A DNA stretch of 64,000 nucleotides from Promethearchaeota archaeon (GTDB lineage: Archaea > Asgardarchaeota > Lokiarchaeia > Sigyniarchaeales > SOKP01), in the NCBI GenBank assembly GCA_016840165.1, contig JAEOSU010000048.1, forward strand, positions 8,364 through 72,363, written 5' to 3'. A program made the position numbers and the translations under genes. The notes under the pieces were generated by a model, which saw nothing but the letters and a program-made list of their open reading frames with translations, did no database searches and was not told where the DNA came from. Positions 28,888 to 38,403 of the stretch are shown in pieces (position 1 is the stretch's first letter; each line of letters starts with the position of its first letter).

Positions 28888-29586
28888 TTAATTTGTAGTT
28901 CTTTTTCTTTTACGTATGTAAATGATTGATCCAATGATAGCTACCGCAATAGCTCCTACAAACACACTAACAACAATTACCATTGTGTAATCAGGAATTA
29001 AAATGGTCCAATATGAAAAGTGTGTGATTTCTGCAGTTAAGTAGTCATCTTGAACAGTTGTTGGAACAGCTACCCATTCACCTGTAGCTTCATCATAATA
29101 TGCCCATGTACCAATTCGATTCTCATTAGTTGCTCGAATTCTAATCTGTGCCTTTGTAAATGTACCATTACAATCAAGATTACATACAAAACCTTCCTGA
29201 TATTGAAAGCGATTTCTGTTACGTATTTGATAAGTATTCCCCATCATTAGTCCTAATTCTTTTTGTTCTTCAGTGCAGGTCATATTCATAAGTAGATCGC
29301 CATTTCCTTCTATTTCAATGATAAAATCTTTATTTGCTAGTTTATGGGTTTCGCAATCTCCCTCAAGGAATAAATTCACATTTGCCATGAATCGAAGTCG
29401 TAAATTAAATTGAAATGCAAGCATAGTCATTTCATTAGCGTTTACATTTGCTTGCCAATGATCCGTTGCAACTGATACTTGTTTGTCAGTAGAGGGAATA
29501 GTAGCAGCAACATTTGCGGTTAGGAACGTCGAGAAAATCAACAGTAACGCAAAAGAACCAATCAAATATTTGCCATATTTTTTCAT
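28888..29586 (-). CDS. Secreted, C-terminally anchored surface protein
   Basis: Signal peptide, beta-rich domain ending THFSYW, TM helix, basic tail RKRKR. Confidence 0.75.
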   Translation of the reverse strand: MKKYGKYLIGSFALLLIFSTFLTANVAATIPSTDKQVSVATDHWQANVNANEMTMLAFQFNLRLRFMANVNLFLEGDCETHKLANKDFIIEIEGNGDLLMNMTCTEEQKELGLMMGNTYQIRNRNRFQYQEGFVCNLDCNGTFTKAQIRIRATNENRIGTWAYYDEATGEWVAVPTTVQDDYLTAEITHFSYWTILIPDYTMVIVVSVFVGAIAVAIIGSIIYIRKRKRTTN

Positions 29587-29794
29587 TATATTTTAAGCAC
29601 CTAAATTGCTTTAATTATAAAGAAATAATGCCATATTAAAAGGATTAAGGAATAATCTTTCCCATATTAATTGATAAAAATGTCCTTATATGATTTTCCA
29701 ATATTTCAAATTATCTCAAGAAAGAAGAGATAGGTTTATAATATTATTTAATTCCTTTATTATTATTAACAAAAAATGACGAGTAATTAGAATT

Positions 29795-31753
29795 TTGACT
29801 CATTTAAATCGTTCTAAAAAAAAAGCAATTAAATTAATTCTATTTTCTTTAATACTAATTTTATTATTAAATTTTAACCAACATGTTATCATTCAAGATA
29901 ATGTCAGTATCGAAAAACTTTTAAGTTCTGATAATGAGTTCACCCCTAAAGGGATAAGATTAACGGCAACAGAGGCACCTAATGAATCAATTATAATATC
30001 CTGGTATACTGAAAGTCAAGCTTCTGATCCAGAAGTAGTGTACTCAAAAGATAGTTTATTAGGGGATAATTTAACAGAACCGGCTTTAGTAAATGGTGTT
30101 GATGGTACTTATATTTATAATGTTTATTTATCTGATCTGGATGCAAATACCACCTATTTTTATCAAGTCTATTCTAGTTCGTCTGACTATAGAGAGATTT
30201 TAAATTTTACAACAGCTTCGAATAGAACAGTAAGTAAGCTGAAATTTATGTTCTTTGGAGATTCACGTACACAAAGAGAGCAAAGGAGTGAGCTTGTGGA
30301 GCAGGCTATGGAGAATTTTGATGATATTGATTTTTTCATTCATACTGGTGATATAGTTGAAGATGGTACTATTCAGAGTCAATGGAATGCCTACTTCGAT
30401 GATATAGAACCTTTAAGTAGAAAGGCTCTTGGATATTTTATTGAGGGAAATCATGAAAAATTAGATGGAAATATGTATGAAAATATCTTATTACCCTCAA
30501 ATGGAATTAATTCTTATTACTATTCATTTAACATAGGTCCAGTCAATTTTATAGGTTTAAATACTGAACGCGACAGAACCATTCAAACAAGTTGGTTAGA
30601 AACAGAGCTCCAAAAGGCTCAGCAAGATAATGATACATTATGGAAATGCGTTTATATGCATCAACCAATTTTTAATTCTATGCCAAATCGTCAAGATTTA
30701 AATGATTTAATCTCTGAGTGGTGCCCTCTCTTCGAAAAATACGACGTTGATCTTGTATTTGCAGGACATAACCATTATTATGAAAGAAGTTATCCTATGA
30801 GTCGATTTAAATTTTTTGACAGTTCAAGTTCCTATGAATTTGAAAATCCATCAAATCCTATGTATGTAATAACGGGGGGTGCTGGAGCACCATTATATGA
30901 ATTAGCCGCTAGTCCAGATTATGCTCCTTTCTATAATAGCACCTATCATTTCGTAATTGTTGACGTAAATGTGGATGATATTAATGAGAAAACTAGCCTG
31001 AATTTCGAGACATGGGCTATGCCGGATGACTATAGTAATATTTATTTAATTGATAATATGACGATAATAAAAAGAGGAGCAGAAGTTAATATTCATAAAC
31101 CCGTAGATTATAACTTATATGGTAAAGACTCACCCGAATTTAATGTAACTATTGATCAATTTAAATTAAAACCCGATTGGTTTACTTTAAATAGTACATG
31201 GTATAAAATCAATGAATCTTCAACTAATTATTTATACACTGGTTCCACTGGCAAAATCGATCAAGATGCTTGGGAATTAATAGAGAATGGGACTGCAATT
31301 ATCTCATTTTGGGCTAATGATTCTTTAGGTAACCATTATTCCTCAGAACTTACACTTAGAAAAGACATTATTGCCCCAAATTTAACTTTAGAATATCCTG
31401 AATCAAGATTGCAATTTGGTAAAGAATCTCCAAATTTCATTATTATTGTTAATGAATTTAATTTAGATAAAATATGGTATACGATTAATATAAGTAATGA
31501 GAAATATTTCTTCACGAGCAATTCAAGTATTGAACAAAGTTTATGGAGTAATTTACCCGATGGAAGTTATAGAATTAGTTTTTTTGCTAACGATACCATG
31601 AATAATACTGCACATATAGACGTAATAATCGAGAAAAGAGAATCTATTGCTTCAGAACCTGAGTCTGATTTTATTTTTACAATAATATACTATAGTGTTT
31701 TTTCTCTTATACTTATATTAGCAGTTCTTAATATGTTTAGAAAGAAAAAATAA
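29795..31753 (+). CDS. Purple acid phosphatase-family metallophosphoesterase, surface-anchored (FN3-like, catalytic, two Ig-like repeats, TM)
   Basis: GDSR, HTGDIV, GNHE, MHQP, GHNHYYER; two repeats ending ANDSLGN / ANDTMNN; N- and C-terminal hydrophobic helices. Confidence 0.88.
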   Translation: MTHLNRSKKKAIKLILFSLILILLLNFNQHVIIQDNVSIEKLLSSDNEFTPKGIRLTATEAPNESIIISWYTESQASDPEVVYSKDSLLGDNLTEPALVNGVDGTYIYNVYLSDLDANTTYFYQVYSSSSDYREILNFTTASNRTVSKLKFMFFGDSRTQREQRSELVEQAMENFDDIDFFIHTGDIVEDGTIQSQWNAYFDDIEPLSRKALGYFIEGNHEKLDGNMYENILLPSNGINSYYYSFNIGPVNFIGLNTERDRTIQTSWLETELQKAQQDNDTLWKCVYMHQPIFNSMPNRQDLNDLISEWCPLFEKYDVDLVFAGHNHYYERSYPMSRFKFFDSSSSYEFENPSNPMYVITGGAGAPLYELAASPDYAPFYNSTYHFVIVDVNVDDINEKTSLNFETWAMPDDYSNIYLIDNMTIIKRGAEVNIHKPVDYNLYGKDSPEFNVTIDQFKLKPDWFTLNSTWYKINESSTNYLYTGSTGKIDQDAWELIENGTAIISFWANDSLGNHYSSELTLRKDIIAPNLTLEYPESRLQFGKESPNFIIIVNEFNLDKIWYTINISNEKYFFTSNSSIEQSLWSNLPDGSYRISFFANDTMNNTAHIDVIIEKRESIASEPESDFIFTIIYYSVFSLILILAVLNMFRKKK

Positions 31754-31995
31754 TTGGGAAGTATCTCTGATTTATCTTTCCAATTTTATTAATTAAATAA
31801 AGATCTATCAATAATAATCGTATAGTTAAGGAAAACTTAACATTAAAAATAAAGAGTATTATATTATTCCATATAACTAAGATAAAATTATTATAGATTT
31901 TAAAATATAATAAAAATAATAAAAAGAAATTCGTGTTAATTAAATTTTAAAATGAATTTCATTGAAAATATAAAGAGATAAGTGGAGAAGAACTT

Positions 31996-34251
31996 ATGAG
32001 TTTAAAAGAATACACCAAAGAAATATTCACGAGATATGGTTTTACTGAAGAGCAGATTTTAGTCTATTTAGTATATCTAAGAGTGCCAAGGGCGACTTCA
32101 TCAGAAGTATACCTTCATTTAATGGAAGATCATGAAGAGTTGACTTATGAAAAAGTACTAGAAATTACCGATTGGCTGGTGGAAAAAGGTTTTCTTAAGA
32201 AAATCCCTGGTATTGTGGATCGATTTATACCTTTAGAGCCATTCTTTGAATTATATACCAGTGAATCTGAAATTTTTCGCAATGAAATTGCCAAAATTAA
32301 AGATACGATATTGGCAGATCAATCAAAACGTTTTGAAAAGCTAGAGTCTATTCAAGATAAGAGTATAGATGAGGTGTCAGTTGCCGTTGATAGTCAGTTA
32401 AAATCATTTTTTGAAGATTCTGACACAAAAAGCAATAATAAACGAGATAGAATTAGTAATGCTAGAAATCGGTTTACAGACACCGCAAAAACCTTAGAAG
32501 AAAATCTTCATAAGATCTCTGATACTATGAATTCCGATTTGAAACAATATAATGATACACAAGTTAAGGAAAATGAATCGACTATAATGAAGACCAAGGA
32601 AGACTTAACCAATCTTATCGCTGAACTTTTAAATGATTTTTCCAAACGTGTTGAAGATTTAGAAAAGGAATTAAAAAATGAACTGGATGAGCATGTAGAG
32701 CGACATAAAAATATCTCCAATGATTTAAAACCGAGAATGGAACAAATCTTAGAGAAGTATTTAGAAAGAATGGATAAAATCATAACTGACCTAAAAGAAA
32801 GGATTTCAAACCTTTTAAAAGAACATTTAACCCATCTTAAACATACTACAGATACTTTACAGACCAATCTGAAATCTGTCGTTGATGATAGACATCGATT
32901 ATTAACTGATCAATCCAACGAGTTCAAAACGATGACTCTCACTTTAATTGACAACCTCTTAGAGCATGCGAATCGTTTTACTGATTTCTCAGCCGATATG
33001 GCTAAGAAAGGGTTCTTCTGGTTAGGTAAGAAGAAAAAGTATAAAGCACGACACGAAACCACTATTCAAAACATCTTGAAATATACTGAACCTATGAAAG
33101 AGGACTTTATCAAAGTCACAGAAGAATACATTAGCAATACACGAAATACTGCTGATAGTTTGAAGGGAGAGGTGACTGATATTATGAACAAGGAGAATGA
33201 TAATGTAGTGACCGAAACGAATGAATTAGATAACAAAGCACAAGAAACTATTAACGTGCAATTGGAAACTTTAGCAACAGATATGGCAGGAGAAATCGAT
33301 ACCACCCTACAGAGTGGCGTAAAAGATTGTTCCGATACAACCATCAAATTAAAAGATTCTTTAGAAACATCCCTAAAGCAACATCACAGGGAGTATGGAG
33401 ATGCAATCAATACACATAAAGAAGCAAGTCTTAAGCATTATACTGAATTTGATAATGATGTAAAGCGTTTCAATGAAAATTGGACACGTGAAGTTGATAA
33501 TAAGTTTATGGGGGGCAAACGAGATGCAACCGAGAAAATAACCTCAGAGATTAGTCTTTTTGGTGATGAAACTGCCGATTTGGACAGAAATCTCACTGAA
33601 ATGCTCAGCGATCATAAGTCAAAATATGAGGAAAATGCAAAAACCCTTCAGAATAGCTTATCTAATACTACCCGCGATACCACCCAAAATATTAAGGATG
33701 CAATTGCTGATTTTACGCTTCAGTTCATGAATTCTATCGACGATTCGACCGAGTTAGCTGAAAATAACGAGGAAAAATTAAAAGATATCTATAATGCCGC
33801 ATCAAGTATCCCAGAAATTAGTGAAATTACCACTTGGCAGATTATTGGTAGAGATGCATTAGTTGCAGCTATTAAGGATGCGATTTTCCGCGTTAAATCT
33901 TCAATAATCATAGTTATGCCTGTTGTGATTCCAGAAGTTCTACAAGTTATAAGTGAATATGCGTACCAAAAGAAAGCAGTACGATTCCTTTTAACAGCTT
34001 CATGGGAAATGGGCCAATATGGTCCTATTATCCAAAAGATGATGCAACTTGGCAATATTCAATTTCGACAGTTATCAACGAAAGGTGAATTTTTTGCGCT
34101 CACAAGAGATGCTGAGGAAGTTATTATTGGTCCTCACACTACAAATGAAAAAGAGATGATTAGTGTAATCTCTAATCAAGAAGCTTACGCAAAGTTATAC
34201 AGCCAATTTATAGGTCCTATCTTTCAAGCTAACTCAAGACCTATTAAATAA
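31996..34251 (+). CDS. TrmB-like wHTH + long coiled coil + TrmB/PLD-like C-terminal domain
   Basis: GFTEEQILVYLVYL...LVEKGFL...F.PL.P N-terminus; ~500 aa charged helical region; IIGRDA...SSIII...RDAEEVII C-domain. Confidence 0.7.
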   Translation: MSLKEYTKEIFTRYGFTEEQILVYLVYLRVPRATSSEVYLHLMEDHEELTYEKVLEITDWLVEKGFLKKIPGIVDRFIPLEPFFELYTSESEIFRNEIAKIKDTILADQSKRFEKLESIQDKSIDEVSVAVDSQLKSFFEDSDTKSNNKRDRISNARNRFTDTAKTLEENLHKISDTMNSDLKQYNDTQVKENESTIMKTKEDLTNLIAELLNDFSKRVEDLEKELKNELDEHVERHKNISNDLKPRMEQILEKYLERMDKIITDLKERISNLLKEHLTHLKHTTDTLQTNLKSVVDDRHRLLTDQSNEFKTMTLTLIDNLLEHANRFTDFSADMAKKGFFWLGKKKKYKARHETTIQNILKYTEPMKEDFIKVTEEYISNTRNTADSLKGEVTDIMNKENDNVVTETNELDNKAQETINVQLETLATDMAGEIDTTLQSGVKDCSDTTIKLKDSLETSLKQHHREYGDAINTHKEASLKHYTEFDNDVKRFNENWTREVDNKFMGGKRDATEKITSEISLFGDETADLDRNLTEMLSDHKSKYEENAKTLQNSLSNTTRDTTQNIKDAIADFTLQFMNSIDDSTELAENNEEKLKDIYNAASSIPEISEITTWQIIGRDALVAAIKDAIFRVKSSIIIVMPVVIPEVLQVISEYAYQKKAVRFLLTASWEMGQYGPIIQKMMQLGNIQFRQLSTKGEFFALTRDAEEVIIGPHTTNEKEMISVISNQEAYAKLYSQFIGPIFQANSRPIK

Positions 34252-34284
34252 TAATATATTAACAGAATACGCATTTTAGTTAAA

Positions 34285-34306
34285 TTATTTTCTTTTTTCT
34301 TTTTTT
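34285..34306 (+). terminator. Oligo-T tract after the TrmB-like coiled-coil gene, candidate terminator
   Basis: TTTTTCTTTTTTCTTTTTT about 35 nt after the stop. Confidence 0.4.
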
Positions 34307-34367
34307 CACATCAAAATTTAAATAATATCTTAATTAATAACTATTAATTACAAATCATTGTGATTTT

Positions 34368-35093
34368 ATGGCTTTAACTCCGATTGAGATATTACATAGC
34401 AGTTTTAGTTTAGTTGCTGTTTTAATTTCCATTCTAATCGGGCTGATAATTATTTCAAAGTACTTTAAGATTAGGCAACGTAACATCCTCCTTATCGGAA
34501 TTTTTTGGACGGGTTTAACATTTCCGTGGCTCCCAACAGTCATTACTTTCATTATGATGCTCACTGTGGGATATGGTCTAACAGTAGAGGGATTTATTCT
34601 TATAGGAATTATGATCCTTCCAATAACGGTTTTGTGTGGATTAACGGCATTTACCAGCTTATTAGGCATAAGAAAACCAAAAAGAAGAGTGATTTTATTA
34701 TCTGTTTTAGTCTTTAATTTAATTTTTGAGGGTTTAATATTCTATTTTCTCTTTACTGATGTAAGTGTTATTGCTACTTTAGAAGATGTATTGATTATTG
34801 AATGGAGTGTATTTAGTCAGATTTACTTTATAATTAATTTAGTATTATTTTTAGTGACCGGAATACTTTTTTCGAGAAAGTCGCTACAATCAGAAAGCAG
34901 AGAAATTAGATTTAAAGGCAAGCTCCTGATGGCTGCCTTTATCTCATTTACGATTGGGACTGTACTAGATTTTGCGATACCCAATCCTTTGACTTACATT
35001 GTTGCGCGATTAATTTTATTATCTAGTTCTATTGAGTTTTATATTGGTTTTCTTTTACCTGAAAGGATTAAACGACTATTATTTAAAGAATAA
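34368..35093 (+). CDS. Hypothetical ~7-TM membrane protein
   Basis: Seven hydrophobic segments; C-terminal FYIGFLLP. Confidence 0.7.
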   Translation: MALTPIEILHSSFSLVAVLISILIGLIIISKYFKIRQRNILLIGIFWTGLTFPWLPTVITFIMMLTVGYGLTVEGFILIGIMILPITVLCGLTAFTSLLGIRKPKRRVILLSVLVFNLIFEGLIFYFLFTDVSVIATLEDVLIIEWSVFSQIYFIINLVLFLVTGILFSRKSLQSESREIRFKGKLLMAAFISFTIGTVLDFAIPNPLTYIVARLILLSSSIEFYIGFLLPERIKRLLFKE

Positions 35094-35170
35094 AATAGAT
35101 TTTCTTTCCTTTTTTTTAATTTTTAATAAAATGAGAAATAGGGACTAATATATCGATATTTTAGATAGTA

Positions 35171-36457
35171 TTAATCCCATGTAGCCTTCTTTATACTTTC
35201 ATCATCGTCCTCTTCATGGATTCTCTTCAAATTAATGTCAGAATATCCTGGAATAATATTAAGTAATCTTCTCATCGCGTTTTCTACATCTTTAGCAGAG
35301 GCAATAAATCTACCAACTATTAATATATCAGCACCCATATCTAACGCGTATTTTGCGCTTTCTGGCTCAATTCCACCAGCCACAGCAACTAATACACGAT
35401 CTCTTCCTGATACTAATTTTTGATCAGCAAATGCAGCTTTAATTTTAGGCACTAATGCCCATCTTGCCTTCTGAGCCGCATCAGGTGACTGTGCTGCATC
35501 AGGTGCCTGTTCTACATCAATTGCTCTATGTAAAATAACCACATCGGGTACTTCTCTTAATGATTTCATCTTCGCAATGGGATCGGGGACTTCCATGGTA
35601 TCGACAAAGCCATAGATTCCAAGACGACGCGCTTCCAAGAGAAATTTATCGATTGAAGATGAGGAGGCGAGTCCTGAACAAACTACAGCATCAGCAGTTG
35701 CATCAAAAGAGAAATCAACTTCTAATTTACCTACATCCAATGTTTTTAAATCAGCAACGATGAATTTTTCAGGAGCAACTTCTCTAATCTGTTTGATTGC
35801 TTCTACGCCATATTTTTTGAGAAAAGGAGTTCCTGCTTCTAATATGATTCTATCACTTTTTGGTAAGTCTCTAACGACTTTTAGTTGTTTTTGCATATTT
35901 GGTGCATCTAAGGCTAATTGAACATAAGGAGGGCGGAATAATCTCGGAACGCGCATAGCAGCTACAGGATGTTTAGCTCGATCTTTATCATAAAAGATTT
36001 TCTCAATTGGAGGATAAGATTTTAATGCTCTTTGAAGAGCTAATTTTGTTGCTCCATAATTATATTGAAAGATTTTTCTATAATCCGTCGCTTCAGGGTG
36101 AATAAAAACACTCACAATTATAAGCCAATCATCAATCTTATTTAAAGGAATAATACCCTCTTCTACGGCATCTGCCACTCCTTTTGCAACCGCAGCTTGA
36201 GCAGGACCAAATATCTTATTCGCATCCTCCATCTTAGCAACTGTGACTTTAGGGATAATAAGGGTATATGGTTTTGGCAACAAATTTGGTCTAATGCATG
36301 CTAATAATCCTCCATGACCCATACTCGGCGCACTGATAGCGTTTGCAAATGAGACTCCAATAGGACCATCTTTTGAACCCAAAACTACATCAACATGGGC
36401 GAGATTTGGTGCTTCTCCAATTAAAGCCTCTCCGACATAATATTCTACTTTAGCCAT
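35171..36457 (-). CDS. fae-hps: Bifunctional formaldehyde-activating enzyme / 3-hexulose-6-phosphate synthase
   Basis: VGEALIG..AHVD, FGPAQAAVA, YNYGAT (Fae); QLALD, EAGTP, ADLKTLD, HRAID, AVAGGI, IVGR (Hps). Confidence 0.93.
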   Translation of the reverse strand: MAKVEYYVGEALIGEAPNLAHVDVVLGSKDGPIGVSFANAISAPSMGHGGLLACIRPNLLPKPYTLIIPKVTVAKMEDANKIFGPAQAAVAKGVADAVEEGIIPLNKIDDWLIIVSVFIHPEATDYRKIFQYNYGATKLALQRALKSYPPIEKIFYDKDRAKHPVAAMRVPRLFRPPYVQLALDAPNMQKQLKVVRDLPKSDRIILEAGTPFLKKYGVEAIKQIREVAPEKFIVADLKTLDVGKLEVDFSFDATADAVVCSGLASSSSIDKFLLEARRLGIYGFVDTMEVPDPIAKMKSLREVPDVVILHRAIDVEQAPDAAQSPDAAQKARWALVPKIKAAFADQKLVSGRDRVLVAVAGGIEPESAKYALDMGADILIVGRFIASAKDVENAMRRLLNIIPGYSDINLKRIHEEDDDESIKKATWD

Positions 36458-36673
36458 AATTTATACAAAGCTTTTTAATTATTTATATTAATATATTTTA
36501 CAGATAATATTTTTAAATTGTTAAGTACATTAAATTAGAGTTAATTCTCTCTTAATAAAATTATCTAATTAAGACAAAGCAATAATTTTATAATCTTTAT
36601 ATTAAATATTCGTGGAATGGGACTAAAGTAAATTATATATAGTTGAATTTTTATGTGATAATAGGATTCAATA

Positions 36674-36997
36674 GTGAGAGGTGGAATATACATTATTGGA
36701 GTGACTTCAAAAGGAAAGTACCCAAAAGAACCCAGAAATGGGAATTATTTGGTAATTTGTAGAAAAGATTTTATTGATTTCAAGGAACGAGATAATAAAT
36801 CTATACTTGAATATTTAAGTACACTAGTTGCCAATTATGAAAAAAGAGGGTTAAATCCAGATAGGATAAAAATACAAAAGAAGAATTTAGAACAGATTAA
36901 GGAATTAATTGATCAAGGAAATGAAAAAGTAGCCTTTCGAAATTTTATGAGAACTTTTCCTTCGTGCTTACCATACAGAGATAAAGGATTTAGATGA
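36674..36997 (+). CDS. Hypothetical protein
   Basis: 107-aa ORF in an otherwise empty interval; no motif recognised. Confidence 0.5.
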   Translation: MRGGIYIIGVTSKGKYPKEPRNGNYLVICRKDFIDFKERDNKSILEYLSTLVANYEKRGLNPDRIKIQKKNLEQIKELIDQGNEKVAFRNFMRTFPSCLPYRDKGFR

Positions 36998-37041
36998 TCA
37001 ATGAATTGCCAAGAAAGTTAGAATAATTAATTATTAAAAAT

Positions 37042-38403
37042 TTAATCTGTAGAGTGAAATTTCTCCAATTCTTTTGCGATTTTAAACATTGCAATTAATT
37101 GCTGGAGATTAAGATCAGGAGTTTCAAAAATGATGTGTTGGCAATCAAATTTTGAGAAATCCTTTTCAATAATTTTAATTTGATACTTCTCTTGATTTTC
37201 CCATAATTTAGATCCAGGATAAGGAGTGGCAGCAAAGTATTCAAGCTTGTCCTCATGAGTTAAAGGTAATTTTCTTATATAATTTACTGTTTCTTGAAAT
37301 GTGGATTCATTCTCTCCAGGTAATCCTAAAACAAAGTAGCATTGAACTGCTATACCATGTTTCTTAAGATTTTTTAATCCATTTAAAACCTGTGTAGGAT
37401 CTTGGTACTTAAAATTGGCATATAGCACTTCCTGACTAGCAGATTCAATCCCCGTGGCGACAAGTTTACAGCCAGCCTCTTTCAATAGTTTGGCATCATA
37501 GTCTTTTATCGAATCTACCCTTAATTCACATCCCCATGGTATAGTAATCTGATTTGTAATAAACATATTGCAGAAGTTATGTAAAAATCCTTTGTTAATA
37601 TTGATATTATCATAAAAATTAATATATTCATAATTTTGGAGTGAAATTATATCCCTGATTTCTGAGAGAATAGAGGAAATATTGCGAATTCTTACTTTCT
37701 GAAAAAGACTTTGCCTTGAGCAAAAGGAACATTCATTTGGGCAGCCTCGGTTGATGATAACATTTGCTACTTTATAATAATAGTTAGGTTGTGATAATTT
37801 ATAACGAGCAGGAAGCGGTTGATCCTCCAAATTAACAATTTCAGGATATCCCGTAAAATATACCTTTCCTTTAGATGTTTTGTAGGCTAGTCCTCTTATT
37901 AATTGTACTTTGTTAATGAAATCCTTATGATCTATTAACTTTTTTTGTAATTGCATTAATAGCTCTGATAATTGTATAAATGATATTTCCGATTCTCCTA
38001 CACAAATAAAATCTATAATTGATTCTGTCATAAAAATTGTATCATATAAGAAAGAAACATGTGGTCCTCCAAAAACAATAACAGCACTAGGATTATATCT
38101 TTTAATAAATTTTGCGATATTTATTGAATATTTATAAGTATTAGTAAGACAAGTTATCCCGAAAAGATTATATTTCTTGGATATTTCCTTAAAAATTGAT
38201 TCTAATTCATCAATCGATAGATCAAAATATTGTTCTAGATCTAAAACGTCAACATCCATATTATAACGCTCTAACAGAGCGGTTAAATATAAAAGTCCTA
38301 AACTTGGTTCTCTGAAATATTCTGACTGAAACTCGGAAGGTTTTGTGGTTTTAGGATTTATTAAAAGAATCATTTCCTTATTAAAACTATTCTGTTTTAT
38401 CAC
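37042..38403 (-). CDS. Cobalamin-binding radical SAM protein
   Basis: PSLGLLYL, GGPHVS, GESE, RGCPNECSFC, GIESAS, PYPGS; real start may be ATG 38373. Confidence 0.92.
   Translation of the reverse strand: MIKQNSFNKEMILLINPKTTKPSEFQSEYFREPSLGLLYLTALLERYNMDVDVLDLEQYFDLSIDELESIFKEISKKYNLFGITCLTNTYKYSINIAKFIKRYNPSAVIVFGGPHVSFLYDTIFMTESIIDFICVGESEISFIQLSELLMQLQKKLIDHKDFINKVQLIRGLAYKTSKGKVYFTGYPEIVNLEDQPLPARYKLSQPNYYYKVANVIINRGCPNECSFCSRQSLFQKVRIRNISSILSEIRDIISLQNYEYINFYDNININKGFLHNFCNMFITNQITIPWGCELRVDSIKDYDAKLLKEAGCKLVATGIESASQEVLYANFKYQDPTQVLNGLKNLKKHGIAVQCYFVLGLPGENESTFQETVNYIRKLPLTHEDKLEYFAATPYPGSKLWENQEKYQIKIIEKDFSKFDCQHIIFETPDLNLQQLIAMFKIAKELEKFHSTD

Noticed and set aside
37042-38403. Radical SAM protein as the HypD activase
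   Set aside because: It has an N-terminal B12-binding domain (class B type), not glycyl-radical activase architecture.
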